Shown: positions 1-12,974 of the stretch, piece by piece
Numbering within the stretch: position 1 is the stretch's first letter
Layout: each line of letters begins with the position of its first letter
Origin: Camelus ferus
Taxonomy: Eukaryota
DNA: 64,000 nt
Direction of reading: 5' to 3'
Assembly: GCF_009834535.1 (NCBI RefSeq)
Contig: NC_045696.1
Coordinates: forward strand, 14,944,001 to 15,008,000
The notes under the pieces: model-generated
Told to the model about the DNA's origin: nothing
What the model saw: only the letters and a program-made list of their open reading frames with translations
The model's database searches: none
Made by a program: the position numbers and the translations under genes

Positions 1-495
1 AAACCAGGCACCCCCATACCCTACACGTCTCCGACCTAAGCACACCTTTCAAATCACACAACACCTTGCCTGACCTGTTGGTCCTTCTTTCTGCAGCAGA
101 TCAAAGAAATAGAAATGGAGACTCAGTAACTAATGAATGACCACATCTCTTCCTCGGCTTCCCCTTCGGTAATCTCACAAACAACTGAAATGTGTGAACT
201 GGAGAGCATCCAAAGAAACTTCACAGAGAACTGACAGTCCTGCACGCAGCCTGGGAGCTGGGGGTGTGGTGATGACTCTGACCCCGTATCTCATTCATCA
301 GCTAGGATACTCCCCTATTTCCACTGATAAACGTCCACAGATGAGCAGAATCTTCGGAGATGGTCGTGGGGGACAGAAACTCACCATCTCCCCAGATTGC
401 CAGCATTCTGATTAAAAGCAATTGTCCTTTATAACAACATTGCCTCTTTGCTTATTGACTTACAGAGGCAAGCAGCGGTCCCAGGTTTGGTAACA
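1..495 (+). mobile_element. ERV1-class LTR, 3' part (5' end lies outside the window)
   Basis: ATTAAA poly(A) signal at 411-416, then a U5-like segment ending in the LTR-type terminus ...TTTGGTAACA at 495. Confidence 0.6.
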
Positions 496-1216
496 CAATC
501 AAACCATTTGCTTACTGTGTTTGCAGTCTGCTGCTGGTCCCCCTGGTCACCAGCATAAGCACCGCAGGAGCAGAGAGCTTTTGGGTGTTTGCTGCTGTAT
601 TACAAGCAGCTGTTTAGTGGCACCTAGCACGCAGGAGAAAATGTGCTCAGTAATTATTTACCCAGGACATGGACTTTCCTCTGGGCTAAATCCTTTGCTA
701 AACTTTTGACCTTTCTCACACATTCACAGTCGACAGTTTAAACTTAATTCAGTAGTACAAAAAATAAATGTGTTTTTTTTTTCCCCCTTTAGATGTTCTA
801 GTGAAAAGTCTTAGCATTGTGTATTTAAGCTTTGGAGTTGACGTGGTCACATACTCAGCAGAGAGGTCATGGACCAAGTATTCTCACCCAGGAAGATATT
901 TTCTTTAGATCAGATTCAGGAGGTGCCGTATGGGCAAGTCAGCCTGTGCACTATTTTTCTGGGACGCCTCTCACATATATCCATTTCTAGTCCCAGTCCT
1001 CAGCACGAACTTGACATTTGTGGGAGGCACTTTTTTAAGTTCACAGAGTGACCCCTGATGAATGTACTTGAGCTCAATCTGCTTATAGATTTCGTAGCAA
1101 AGGCCAAAGTAGTTTTTAACTCCTGAGATATTGAAACTGTCACTGCCCAGAAAATGGCAGGCTTGCCTTTAGAAAAGGAAGGCTTTTTCTGGCTTTTCCT
1201 CCAGGGTCTGAAGTGC

Positions 1217-1235
1217 TGACCAGTAGAGGGCAGCT
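1217..1235 (+). promoter_or_regulatory. CTCF core motif match
   Basis: TGACCAGTAGAGGGCAGCT fits the CTCF core CCASYAGRKGGCR at every core position. Occupancy is unknown. Confidence 0.5.
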
Positions 1236-1319
1236 GAAACTCTTCAAAATTGGCTCTGTATCCCGACCACCAGGAGATACAGGCTTCATTCATTTATAGA
1301 GAAGTTTTTATGGCTTTCA

Positions 1320-1522
1320 GCTTATTTTTATTCCTTTTCGAATCACACAATATGATTAGTTTTTATACATGAGTAATAGATAATCAAAATAAACAGATAT
1401 GGAAACAAAGAGAATCACTGACATCACCATTGCTCTGAAATCACATACCTACTGTTACCATTGATGCATATTATTCTAATTATACATGCACATGCATTTC
1501 ATTAAATTTCTAAAAATGGGAT
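1320..1522 (-). mobile_element. Ancient L1ME-like 3' fragment
   Basis: Degenerate antisense L1 3'UTR pattern ending ...AAAAATGGGATC. Confidence 0.35.
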
Positions 1523-1544
1523 CCTAGAGACTACTAATTTTTTT

Positions 1545-2005
1545 AAATAATAGAATAAATATAGACACTGATGAGACTGTCAAAGGGACAGACAGAAAGA
1601 CTGACTGAAAGAGCTCCCTGTGTCCAAAGTTGAAACAATTTGGCCCATAAAATACAATGGTGTTGGACCACGATTCAAGGTATAAAATAAATATCAGAGT
1701 CCATATGGATACCAACAGTAATTAAATGAATTAATAAATGGAGAGAAGACAAATCTTTGTAGAAGAATCCCAAGTATTTGGAACAATTTCCCACCACTTA
1801 AGTGTGGGCTGTGCACAATGACCTTCTTCTAAAGAGTGCAGTGTAAGTAGAGAGGAAAAAATAATTTCACAGCAGAGAAACCCGACATGCACTGTGTAGG
1901 TTATCAAGGTCAAAATAAAAAATCGGGTCGATCATTTGTACCCCTGATATGTTTGAGGCATTTTACATCTGTGTTTGTCCTCCCAGAACCCTATAACCTA
2001 GAGGA
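1545..2005 (+). mobile_element. L1MC/L1MD-type 3'UTR fragment
   Basis: CCACTTAAGTGTGGGCTG...CTTCTAAAGAGTGCAGT...CACAGCAGAGAAACC...TATCAAGGTCAA follows the L1MC/MD 3'UTR. Confidence 0.7.
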
Positions 2006-2361
2006 AATGAAGACCTGAAAAGACCAAAGGCAAATGTCAACTGGGCTGCGTTCATTGATCAATTAAGTATTGGAGAGAGAGCTAAGACAATTGAAGTCCC
2101 TCAAAAGATAGCTGACAAGGGACATCTGGATGACAGTAGAGCCACCCTATCCACTTGTGAATGAAGTGCACAAGCATGCACAGGAATGTTTGTTGTGATG
2201 TATACAAATGTCAGGTTCTCTGGAGACACTGCTAAGCCTATTTGATGGATAGAGTATTGGAGTGTTCTAACAGTTCACCTGCGTCATAGAAAGAACAATA
2301 ATCTCGCTATAAAATACATACAAACACTTTTTTTTTTTAAATAGAGGTAAGTAAAGAAAAA

Positions 2362-2500
2362 AAATCATGGGCTTTCAAGTTAGAAAAATTTGGCCTCAAA
2401 ATCCAACTCTGCTGTTGTTAACTTTGAACAAAGAAGTGTCTATGCAAAGTGAATTAACACCTAAATTGCAGGGTAGTTATGAGAACTGATGAAATTATAC
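2362..2500 (+). mobile_element. MIR SINE fragment
   Basis: CATGGGCTTTCAAGTTAGA...AATCCAACTCTGC...GCAGGGTAGTTATGAGAA resembles MIR. Confidence 0.55.
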
Positions 2501-3559
2501 GGAGTTACAAAAAATCAAGTTTCCTTCCCAAAACTGGAACCAGAGAAGAAATAATTATAATTATTAGCTACTGTCAGGAATGACAGAGGGAAGCTATTTC
2601 CGGTTTCCATGAATATGGGGTGATGATAGACAATCCATATCTCCAAGCCACCTTTGTACTATGGGTGATACCTGCATGTTGGTCCTAAATTAATAATCCT
2701 ACTTTCAATTCTCTGGTTTTCAATTCTCTGAAGTAATATTCTAAAATATTACTTCTCTCATAAAAAATAAATGAAGCCTTAGAGAGTATCAACAGCAGTT
2801 CCGAGGTGTATGGCAAAGAACAGAAAAAAATGTCACTTACGCTTTTGAAGGATTTGTTTTTTTAAATGACTACCTGCTCATCTAGTCAATATCTAAAACC
2901 CTAGTCAAGTAAGCAGACACTGTCCATAGCCAAACGAGATTATTTAAAATAGCATGGGCCTTTTGGTCATTATGCCATAATATCCATTCACAAGTGGCTG
3001 ATATTTTAAAATCTGACCACAACTGAACTGGCAGCCGGACTGAGTGGAGCAGGTTCAACCAAAGATGAGGAAGAAAAGAAACCCCGAGAAAAGCTTGATG
3101 AGAAATATCCCATCAGGTTACTTCCTGAGTTGGGTTATACACTTAGACTGATGGGCGTTTTCTAGTTGCTGTGGTAGAATTCCATGTGTGCAGTGTGTAC
3201 CCTAGAGCCATTCTCTTATAAGTATGTGTACACTACATGTGATACTCTTCATGATGGGAAGTAGGTACCTATTTCCAAAATTAAGCTCGGAATTTATTGT
3301 AGCCGATAATGATTTCCAAATTATATTGGAAGGAACATGTCCTTAGGAGATACCAGAAGAGTTTAGTCCTCTGTCATTATTTCCAGTCTATTTCTACTCC
3401 AATTTATGGATCTAATATTCTTAGTATCAGTTTTGAAATTTGACCTAAATGTGTCTTTGAAATTGAGCAAAATTGTTATCATTTAATTGTGAATCGTCCC
3501 ATACTTCCTCTATTTCTGAACTCTTACTTAATGTAATAGAATTGATAAAAGTAAATATG

Positions 3560-3952
3560 ACTTAGGACTTTGAATTGATTTTGTAATATATTGAGACTTG
3601 AGGGGATGGTAAGACAAGATGAATGTATTTTGCATGTGGATTGGATGTGAATCTTTGGGTGCCAGAGTGCAAAGTAGGCAGAATAATGACCTCCCAAAGA
3701 TGTCCATATCCCAATGGCATTAGTGGCATATTGATGCATATAGCTGCCGTCCAAAGATGTCTCTGGAACCTGTGAACATGTTACGTTACAAGACTAGGAG
3801 AATTAAGGTGACAGATAAGATTAAGGCTGCTATTCAGCTGGCCTTAAAATAAGGAGAATTTCCTGGATTATCCAGAGGACCCAGTGTAATCAGAAAAGTC
3901 CTTAAATTTGGAAAGAATCAGAAGAGTCATGTCAGAATGCTGGAAAGTGTGA
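3560..3952 (+). mobile_element. MaLR: 3' end of MLT1 internal region (~3560-3667) plus partial MLT1D-like LTR (~3668-3952)
   Basis: The MLT-int end TGAATGTATTTTGCATGTG is followed by the MLT1D-like GTAGGCAGAATAATGACCTCCCAAAGATGTCC...GGAACCTGTGAA...CCTGGATTATCC. Confidence 0.85.
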
Positions 3953-6394
3953 AACTAATAAAATATTTTATTGTTTAAGTCCAAATTACGATAATTTAAT
4001 TATTTTTTTAAGAAGATAAGTGTTACAAAACCCTCTATAATAAGGATGTGAAGCTTAGTAGAATATTTTGGCAACTCTACTAAGTATGAACTGGGCTTCA
4101 AAGAATTCTTTAAAAATCCCAATCTCTAGGTTAAAGAGAACAAAAATAGCAATAATGTTATAAAAGGGTGATGGCAATTTAAAAATGTATTGTTAGTAAT
4201 ATATTCAACTAACCATGCAAATAGTACTCAGTACTGCTCTTTCCCATGGATTTTGTACTTACAAGACATCAGGTACGTTTTAAGTCAAACCACAGTGAAC
4301 CTGTGTGGTAAGGTTGGTGTAGGGCTTTGGGGGAGAAGCAGTTCATTTTCAAGGGGTCTAATAAAAAAAACCTTACTCTTGAATTATATCTGGTTTTGTT
4401 CTAAGACTGGAGACATTTGAGCTCACTGTAATTATCAGAATGGCAATGTTTGCTTATCTATATAATATCAAATAGAAAATGGCTTTAGAAACAAGTAATA
4501 CACTGTTGCAGACATATTTAACAAAGCTCCATGGAAGGATATTTTATTAGGGTGTTGCTTTATTACAAATACTGTTTTAGGATTTACCCAGATCACTATT
4601 AAATTACATCATGAGGCAAAAACAATTAAAGCTGAACTTTTCATTTCAAGCTATTTAGAATATGTGCCTAGTACACAGTAAACTGCACTAGCAGAGTAGA
4701 TGGAAGAGTACAAGGAGAGAAAGCGGCCATGTACCAGAACAGAATGGAACATAGCAGTAATTTTCAGCCTTTGAATGGGTCAAAATCCACTTAAGGGATC
4801 TCCTAACCAACTTCCCCACTCCCTTCAACCAAATATACACAAACTTATCACATCCAAACTTTGCAAGCACTCAAAAAGGTTCAGAAACACCCTGAGCCCC
4901 ATCCTTGGAATTAGGCTGAAAAACTCCTGGTATAAAGAAAGTTAATATCTCATTAGCATGTTAAACCAGTACGTCAAAATACGCAATCTCACTCTTTCAC
5001 GAACATAGAAAGCATGGCAATGTTTTACATCAAATTTTAAACTGTGAGTGCTATAGTATTTAAACATGTTACTCCAATAATCTAAAATGTTGATTCAGCT
5101 TGTCTGGCTGGCAAGATGGATGCTGTATCTTCTTAATTGTTCCCGTTGTCAAGTTGGTGGGTGAACACTGAGATTGGCCATCCCTAAAAGAATAGAATTT
5201 TTTTTTGGACAATAAATGTGTTATTTTGTTCTCCTACTGGAGCCTTCATTTAAGTTTGGGAATTTTTGATGTACTTCTAAAACCTATCCATGGTACGTGA
5301 GCACTTGTGGGCATTTTGACCCCAAATCTGAGAACAAAGATCACAGGTATATTATGGGCTTTGAAGACGTCTCCATATCATTAAAAGGGGGACTTTTTCT
5401 TACTGACTTCTAATATTACTAACAGATAAAGCAGGACTTTAGTGTAAATGTCTGCTTTGTGATTGGTGATATTTAATTTTATTACAGTAACCATGCTCAC
5501 TAACACTTGATTACATAAATTTTTTATATAATAAATACATGCTCTTAAATAAGACAAGGCTTAAAGCCAGGGTTTTCAGTATAATATTACTATACTTGTT
5601 GACATTTGGCTGAACAACATACACAAGCAAGTCACACATTTGGCAAACATTCTAAGATCCAAATATAGCAGACATTTCAGTGTAACTTGGTTTACAACTA
5701 GATTTTGCTTAGATTAGGAACACGGCAAGAAGTCTCTGTTTTGCTTTGTGACTAAAGAAGGCAGCAGATAAATATGTCATGCTTCTCTATTGGTGCTAAG
5801 GAGATTTTGTAATATAAATATCACAAATTTGGCTAGACAAATACATATTGTTATTTCCCTTTAATATTATTAATATCAACTACTTAATAATGTCAAGCCC
5901 CTATAATGTATCACAGCATCCCTATCTTATAATAAGTTACATATTTGTTGGCTCCTACAGACCAATTGTTCAATAATGCAATCTTTAACAATGAAAAGTA
6001 GCAAAACTTTTGATTAAGAAACCACTACTTTGGACAGAGGAACAAAGCAAAATCTGTAACAGTCTTCCTCTAGTTAATTAAAAAGCCTAAGTAAGCTCCT
6101 TCAATTTTGAAAAAAAAAATCTTTCAATGTAGTACTTAGTAAGGAAGTACATAGTTCATATTTTATAGGTAAAATGATCATAAGTAAGAAAACATAGAAT
6201 TAACTTGATTTTTTAAATATCATCTTTATGCATACTGAAATGTGAAAATATAGTGCTTTGAGTTTGATTTCTAAATCAATGAAGGCCATGTTTTGACCAT
6301 TTTGATGGTTTTATCTGGTTGAAAATCAGACATCTTTTTGTCTCTTTTATTTCTTACAAACAAAACCCGTTTGACATATACTCCTGACCTCACA

Positions 6395-6585
6395 TAATGA
6401 GCTGGAGGACAGCCTGATGCATCTCTGTTCTTGAATTCTGAAAGTGATTAACCAAAGATGAGTCACATGTCTTCCGTTTCGAAGTAATCTGACACTTCAG
6501 ATCCACAAGTAACCTGCTATTACATTTGGAATACACATTTTCAGATACGACATTAGATGATAGATTTGAATGCCTGGTTTGTCTT
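6395..6585 (+). mobile_element. Possible very old CR1/L3 LINE fragment
   Basis: TCAGATCCACA...CACATTTTCAGATACGACATT weakly resembles the L3 RT 3' region. Confidence 0.25.
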
Positions 6586-9500
6586 TTAAGAGGTAGACAG
6601 TCAAGTATGAAGTAATTTGAGCACTGCTGGAGGATGATCAAAAAAATTTTAGAGTCTGTGTTTGTAATAGGACAATACTGAAACTACAACAGCAATTGAT
6701 GACGGAAGTAGAGTGCTCTTTAATAAGGTTAAGTCATACTAATATTAAATCTGAATCAGACAGGAGATGAATGACATCATTATCCGCCACTCTAGTGAAT
6801 AACTTCCAGATATGAAGGCTTGCATAGTGATTGAGGAAATAAAGATATTCAAAGAGACAAAAGATATATTGTTCATCCCACCCAACAATTTGTCCTTTCA
6901 AAAATTTAAAATGTCACTAGCTCTACTTTTTTCCAAAGTGAAACAAAATTTGTAATAAGTGATTTTGTTTGGTTATCAAAGGACTTTCAAAAATTCAAGG
7001 TTCGTAAGAGTGAGCGAATATAGTTAATTATCACAAATACATTCATTTGTCCTTGGAAATCAATGGTAAATATTAATAAATGATAGAACATGATTCCTTT
7101 CATTGGTGACTTGCCTCTTCACACAGCACTGCTTTTTGGAGTGTAAGATGGAAGGGCTTTCGTTGTGTTGTACGTTGATTTTCACAGTAGAGGAAAGCCA
7201 CAGAGAGCTGATAAAAACCATGATAGGGCTGTCCTGAATTAAACAAGTTAGAAACAAAAGCAAAGACTGAGGAAGTGACAGCCAAAGGACAATGCCAGAT
7301 GCCCTGATGGGGATTTGTTTTATCTAAATGTATTTCAAAGTGGGAACTCTGCAAATATCCAAGAACAGACACCAACCAGAGTAGAGCTGATATCCACATA
7401 TAAACATTTCAGCTCATCAATTTGAACAGCCACTGTAAATGAGTGGGACCAAGTTGTTCTATGGGCATAATCTAAACATAATAAGCTTTGAATAAGCTTT
7501 GTTCTTGGCACTTGGCTAATACTCATTTCTTCCACTTAGAGAGGTTTTTGCAGCTTTCACCACAGCACCGCAGGCTTCTCTCAAACAGAAATAATAACTG
7601 AGAAGGCAGGATCTAAAGGGGATCAAAACTCAGAAAGTATCCAAAATAAACCTCAGGAGTGAAAAGACTTCCCTGGTTCTGATTTTATGTTTGACCAGAT
7701 GGGTAAAATTTAGAAGTAGGATAAAGAAATTTTAAAATCTGTTATAAAAATGGGTGGACTCTTATTCTACCTTTAAATCCTTTGAGTTGAACATACTGCA
7801 CTCAGAAGCCAGAAGAAAACATGATTTTATAGTACAAACTCAATTGTGTCATTCACAAGCATTTGGTTAAGATGATCAGAAAGCCTGTCTATGATCTCCT
7901 TCTCCTCCACCCACTCACTTCCTTTCCTCCTCCCTTGTTTTCTTTCCTGCTGCCTCTTTGCTTTCTTCTTTGCTCTGAGAATAGCAAACGTGGCTTTCAG
8001 CCTTGTAATCTCAGCCTCAAGGGTGGGCATTGTGAGCTCCGCTTAGCTTGCTTATTTAATCATAATGCTCCTAAAATCCACATTGCCATAAAGTCCGAAC
8101 TTTTTGTTCTTCCTTCGGAGTACCTAAGTACACATGAGAGAAAGGGAATTCCTGTTTTGTCTGCTCCATCCATCTATTCCAGATCTGAACAACTTCAAAC
8201 CTCTAATCTTACATGATTAAAAAGATGTGATGTGAAAGAAATTTTCAATCCCCTGACATATGCTTATTACTAGTATCAAATATGCCTCATATTACTCGTG
8301 ATACCAATACATTTTAGGGTGAGCACAATGGCTTAATTCACCAAGTCTTGACCCACAGTAAAGATTTAATCCTTTAATGCAAGGAGAGGACATGAGATAA
8401 GGAACCAGACAGAGCAGAAGACTTGTCAAATATATTTAGAAGACAGAAAAATGAACTAGGAATCACAAACATGTACTGTTTTATCTCTTATCCTGATTAT
8501 GACTGTAGGAAAATTAGATTCTAGTTTCATCACAGTACTTATAAATTGAGTCTAATGTTATTTTTTTCACACAAAACAGATGAACACATTAAAATGTTTA
8601 AAGTCACTAAAAACATTTGGAATTTCTTAGAATTTGTTCAGATTTTGAAATTTCTGAACTCAACGGAATGTAAACAAAACTTGCTTTATTTTTTCTCCCT
8701 TCATCAGCTCCCATGGTGTTACATCACATCTCTTGTTTCTGTCCCTGGATAATAAGAACACAGGAGAGTCTCCCTTCTGTGGGGTCACATTCAGTTACAA
8801 ATACAAATTTGCATTTTGATAATTACCGTTTTCTTCAGGGGCTTAAATTTCAAATCCAGACCAAAATTTCAAGCTTATTTCTAATTCAAGGTTTCTTCTC
8901 TCTCCTATAGTTGAGGTCTAACCAGCTAGTGAGCTCACAATGGAGGATGTGTCAAAACCTGGAGTTTTGTTTGTCTGTTGGTTTTGTTTTGTTGTCTACT
9001 TCTCCCCTCTTGATATTCCTCCCAAACTGAGAGAAAAGGAGCATGTTTAGAGAAAGAGCAAAATTCTTTATATCTAGGTTGGATTTTTTGCAGGATTTCT
9101 TTCATTGTCAATGTCTCCAAGTGTGACAAGCACCCAAATGCTCTCTCTTCCAAGGGAAGTGTTAATAGATTCTTCAAAATTTCTTCTATGAGGATGGATA
9201 CACTGTAATTCCTTAATATTAACTCTCTGATGGGCTCTGATAACTCACTGTCAGCTTCTGCCTTCTGGAAATCTCCCTCCAGACGGAGGCAGCTCAAGCA
9301 GCCAGCTCTCCTTGGTGAGAACACATTAAATGATGCCAGTGATGGTGCCATGGCAGTTGCTTGACCCACAAGAAACACGTGGTTCTTACCAGAGTGCATT
9401 TACTTTATAGTTTATGGGACTGACTGTGCACTAAACAAGTTAAGGAAATGACCCTACTAGTGTGTAGCATGGTGCTTCTGCTTGCCATGATGATCACTGG

Positions 9501-9849
9501 AATGTAGATAACTTCCTGTCACTTTAGGCAGTTACAGAAAGTCTTCCACCTTGAGCCTAGAGAGAACTAAGAACAAACAATTATGTTCATGCATGGGATG
9601 ATGGAAGGTGGTAGGTTGCTTTTTAATCAACTTGAAGAAAATTATGTTCAAGCAAATCCTGCATAGTAATGTCAAGTCGTCTGTCCCTTTAGAATATTAG
9701 TTTGCTTCTCTAATATTCATGCTATTTGGGGACTTTGAGAGCCAAAATTTTGAGAAAAATAATAAATACCCCATTCAGCACTTATCTATGTTTATAAATC
9801 ACTATTATAATTTTGGCATAGTCTAGTCTTAATGCATGCATTATGTTTT

Positions 9850-10870
9850 GTTTAAATCTGCTTTATGAGTTCAAAGCTAATGCCTCAAATACTCTGTCAC
9901 TAACTATGTTTGCTTAAGTTTTCAAGCAGATGCTTTTTTAAATTATATTTTAAAAGATTCTTTTGAGTCCTCGGTTTGTATTTTTTAACTATAAAAAGGT
10001 GTTCTTATTTTTAAACATCTTTTCTATATCTGTTGAGATGACCACCTGTGTTTCAACCATTAGGCTTATTAATGTAATGAATAGCATTTATTCATGTTAA
10101 AAAAATATATCATCTAGGAATGCTATTGTTTGCAAATAATCAGAAAACAGATCAACAGTTTAAGCAATTTTTTTTCTCACATGAGAATAAGTCAAGAGAT
10201 GGCCAGTAGATGAAAGGGATTCATTTCTTAAACATGAAGTCAGGGGTCCAGTCTTTTTCCTCCTTTTCTCTGTGCCACTCTTCACTTACTCAATCTCATT
10301 CTCATGATTTTACCTACTAGTCCCAAGGTAGCTATTAGAGCTTCAGACATCATATCATCATTCAGGAAATGAGGAGATGGAAAAGGATGGCTCCAAAACC
10401 TTTGCCCCTTTTATTGAGGGAAAAAAGTTTTCCACTCAAATGCTCCTGTAGATTTGATAACAGTTCACTGGCTACATCTGTGTCAAAGGGCATCCTTGCA
10501 AGGAAAGATACAAAAGTGAAATTTAAAAGAGAAATCACTGAGTAAATAAAAATTTTATTAGCAAGAAAGAGAAGAGGAATGGATATTAGGCAGCATATAA
10601 CCTGTCTACAAAGCCATCCTTGAATTCCTTGGTTAAAACCAAATTGGTTAGCGTAGGCTTTTATTGTTGATATTGTTGATTTTTGTGGGTGTGGATTTTT
10701 TTATTCAGAAGTGAGATTGACCTGTAGTATTTCTTTATTATACATAGTTCTTTTCTGACTTCAGAATCTCAACTATATTAACGTTATAAAACAATTTTGG
10801 AAATGTTCCTACATTTTTATAGTCATGAAGGCTTTATATAGTCCAGTACTGGAATTTTTCTTCCAATCAT
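9850..10870 (-). mobile_element. Ancient L1 ORF2 fragment interrupted by an MLT1 LTR
   Basis: Antisense ORF2 motif TTTTCTATATCTGTTGAGATGACC. The L1 resumes after 10612 with CCATCCTTGAATTCCTTGG...GTGAGATTGACCTGTAG. Confidence 0.6.
10113..10612 (-). mobile_element. MLT1J/K/L-like MaLR solo LTR
   Basis: AGGAATGCTATTGTTTGCAAATAATCAGAAAAC...AAGGTAGCTATTAGAGCTTCAGACATCATATC...GGATATTAGGCAG matches antisense old MLT1. Confidence 0.7.
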
Positions 10871-12506
10871 TAAGTGAGCCAGCTTGAAATACACTATATC
10901 TCAGGCATGAACATAATGCATCCAACCTTTTATGGGCTTTTATTATTTTAAAACCACTTACTTGGTTCCCTAAAAATAAAGATACATTTATTTAGTCTTC
11001 CATGTTTATAATATGTTCCAGAGTATTTGTTCACAGACCTTTTTAGAAAATTGGCTTTCTAGCATGGCTGGATAGAAAGATCCTCAATGAAACAAAACAT
11101 CTGGTTTGTTTTTTGTTTCTTTTTAATGGAAAGAAAATTCCATATTCCTCTCCTTGTCAAGGCTAGACTCATACAGTGACAAACAGTTCACAAGGCCACT
11201 TAATCAAACTTTTTATACTTTTCCATCTCTTTATGTGAGCTAGCCATGGAAATACATCGTCAGGAGAACCAGGCAAGGATTACACTAAAAGTAGTGTGGA
11301 CGCTAAGGACAGCTGATTGAAAAGGGAAAAACGAAAAAGGACCCCTGGTGATTTGTTTGTCATAGGAACATGGATACAGTTTATGTGTCGTGCTTCAGCG
11401 GACTAAGATAGTCAAAGCATCTGCAGCAAGACCAAAACACCAGAGGCCAACGGCTGTCCTAACGGCATGATGCCCTTTAATGTAAACCATACATTCTTGC
11501 CTCTGGCTAGCAAGGAACATATCTTTGCACCTAATTCAAACACCAGCATTTTAAAGTTGTCCCCATGTTATATCTTTAAGAAAGGATATACTTCTCCTAG
11601 GAGGTATAGTAAGGACTGAGGCACCCATAGCACTTTTTCACTGGATACTGATTGGGAAGAAAATATAAACAGGGCTCCTGTTGTTCTTGGTCACATTTGA
11701 CATTATACTCATGATTTTAAAATAACTGCGAGGGCTCCTACTTTTCTGCTTTGTGCCTTGGCACCTTGTAGCCCAGTGTGTTTTCCAACTGTATGACTGC
11801 ATGTTTAGCTTTCTCACCTCCTATGCAATACTTGTCATGACAGATGTCATGGTAGATAACTCATCCTTTCCTTAAATGCATGTTGAATTTTCATCTTTGC
11901 TCAGTTAATTTTCTTGGGGCTTAATTTTTAAAAAGAAATTTCTATTGAAGACCATTGAAATTGTATGCAGTTTAAAAGACCAAACTCAAGCGTTGCAGCT
12001 TTTCAGAACAGTCTTCTCCTGTATCCTCTCTCTATGCTTACACTCCTACTGCACATATTATAACCTAAAAATTTTCCAACCTGGGCTCTAACTTTCTAGC
12101 ATAAGCGATCAGTCTTGCCTACGCATTTAATACACTCTGGAATTCTACAGCACCCTTCATAGATATTTGACCCTCAGCTGTATTTATTTTCTTATTGCAC
12201 AAAATAGTCCTCTTTGCACACCGCGAAAGATGCCCTCTGGCCCTCATACTTTGTCTTTAAGTGTTTAACTGTTCTCAGTTCAGTAGTCTTCCTTAGGGTC
12301 TCAATGCAAATTGTTCCCTCTGTATCTCTGAGATGCCCGAATCACTGCATCAGCAAGGGGGTTCTCTGCTCCCATGGATATTTTCCCAAAGTAATATTTC
12401 AGCATATTTTATGGAATTAGGAAAACTTTTTCCAAACTTTCAAGCTGGAAGATGAGTGAGCCAGTGGCAAAAAAATCCTTTCCTACCTGTAATTTGCATC
12501 CAACAG

Positions 12507-12968
12507 TGTTAATGCAGGTCTTCCAGGAAGCAGACTTGAAGATGAAATTAGAAGTAAAAGATTGATCAGAGAGACATTTGTAAAAGGTCCAAGGGAGACA
12601 GTGCAAGAGTAAACAGAAAAATACCCATATATCATGATGCAAGCCTGAGACTTGAGATAGGATTAAAAAAAAAAAAACCAAAATAGAGGATCTGGTAGTG
12701 AAAGCCTCAAGTTGCGACAGCAGCTCTGCAAGTCTTGTGCAGCCTGCTGGGAAGCCCCAAAGCAAATACTGCTACTCCAGGAATCATTAGTGAGGTAGAA
12801 ATGGTCAGGTTCTGGAACCCCACTGTGCTAGCCATTGTCTGGGAGCAGCTCAGGCACCATGTGGTCTCAGTGAATACTGCAGGGAAACCCAGTCAAGCAA
12901 TTAATTACATTGTTCACAATGTAGTTTTCTCTTAAAGATCTGAGAAGCACATTTTCATGGTTTCCACA
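12507..12968 (-). mobile_element. LTR16-family (ERVL) solo LTR
   Basis: GGTCTTCCAGGAAGCAGAC...GGGAAGCCCCAAAGCAAA...AGAAATGGTCAGG...AGATCTGAG...CATGGTTTCCACA is colinear with antisense LTR16. Confidence 0.8.
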
Positions 12969-12974
12969 CCCCTT

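Noticed and set aside
3037..3165. Short plus-strand reading frame GLSGAGSTKDEEEKKPREKLDEKYP...
   Set aside because: No start codon or clear splice acceptor, and no recognised homologue.
8935..9399. Longest ORF in the track (154 aa, minus strand)
   Set aside because: I recognise no domain, and its 3' end runs through a GTTT-type simple repeat. The length is plausible by chance in 64 kb. BLASTP or PhyloCSF support would be needed.
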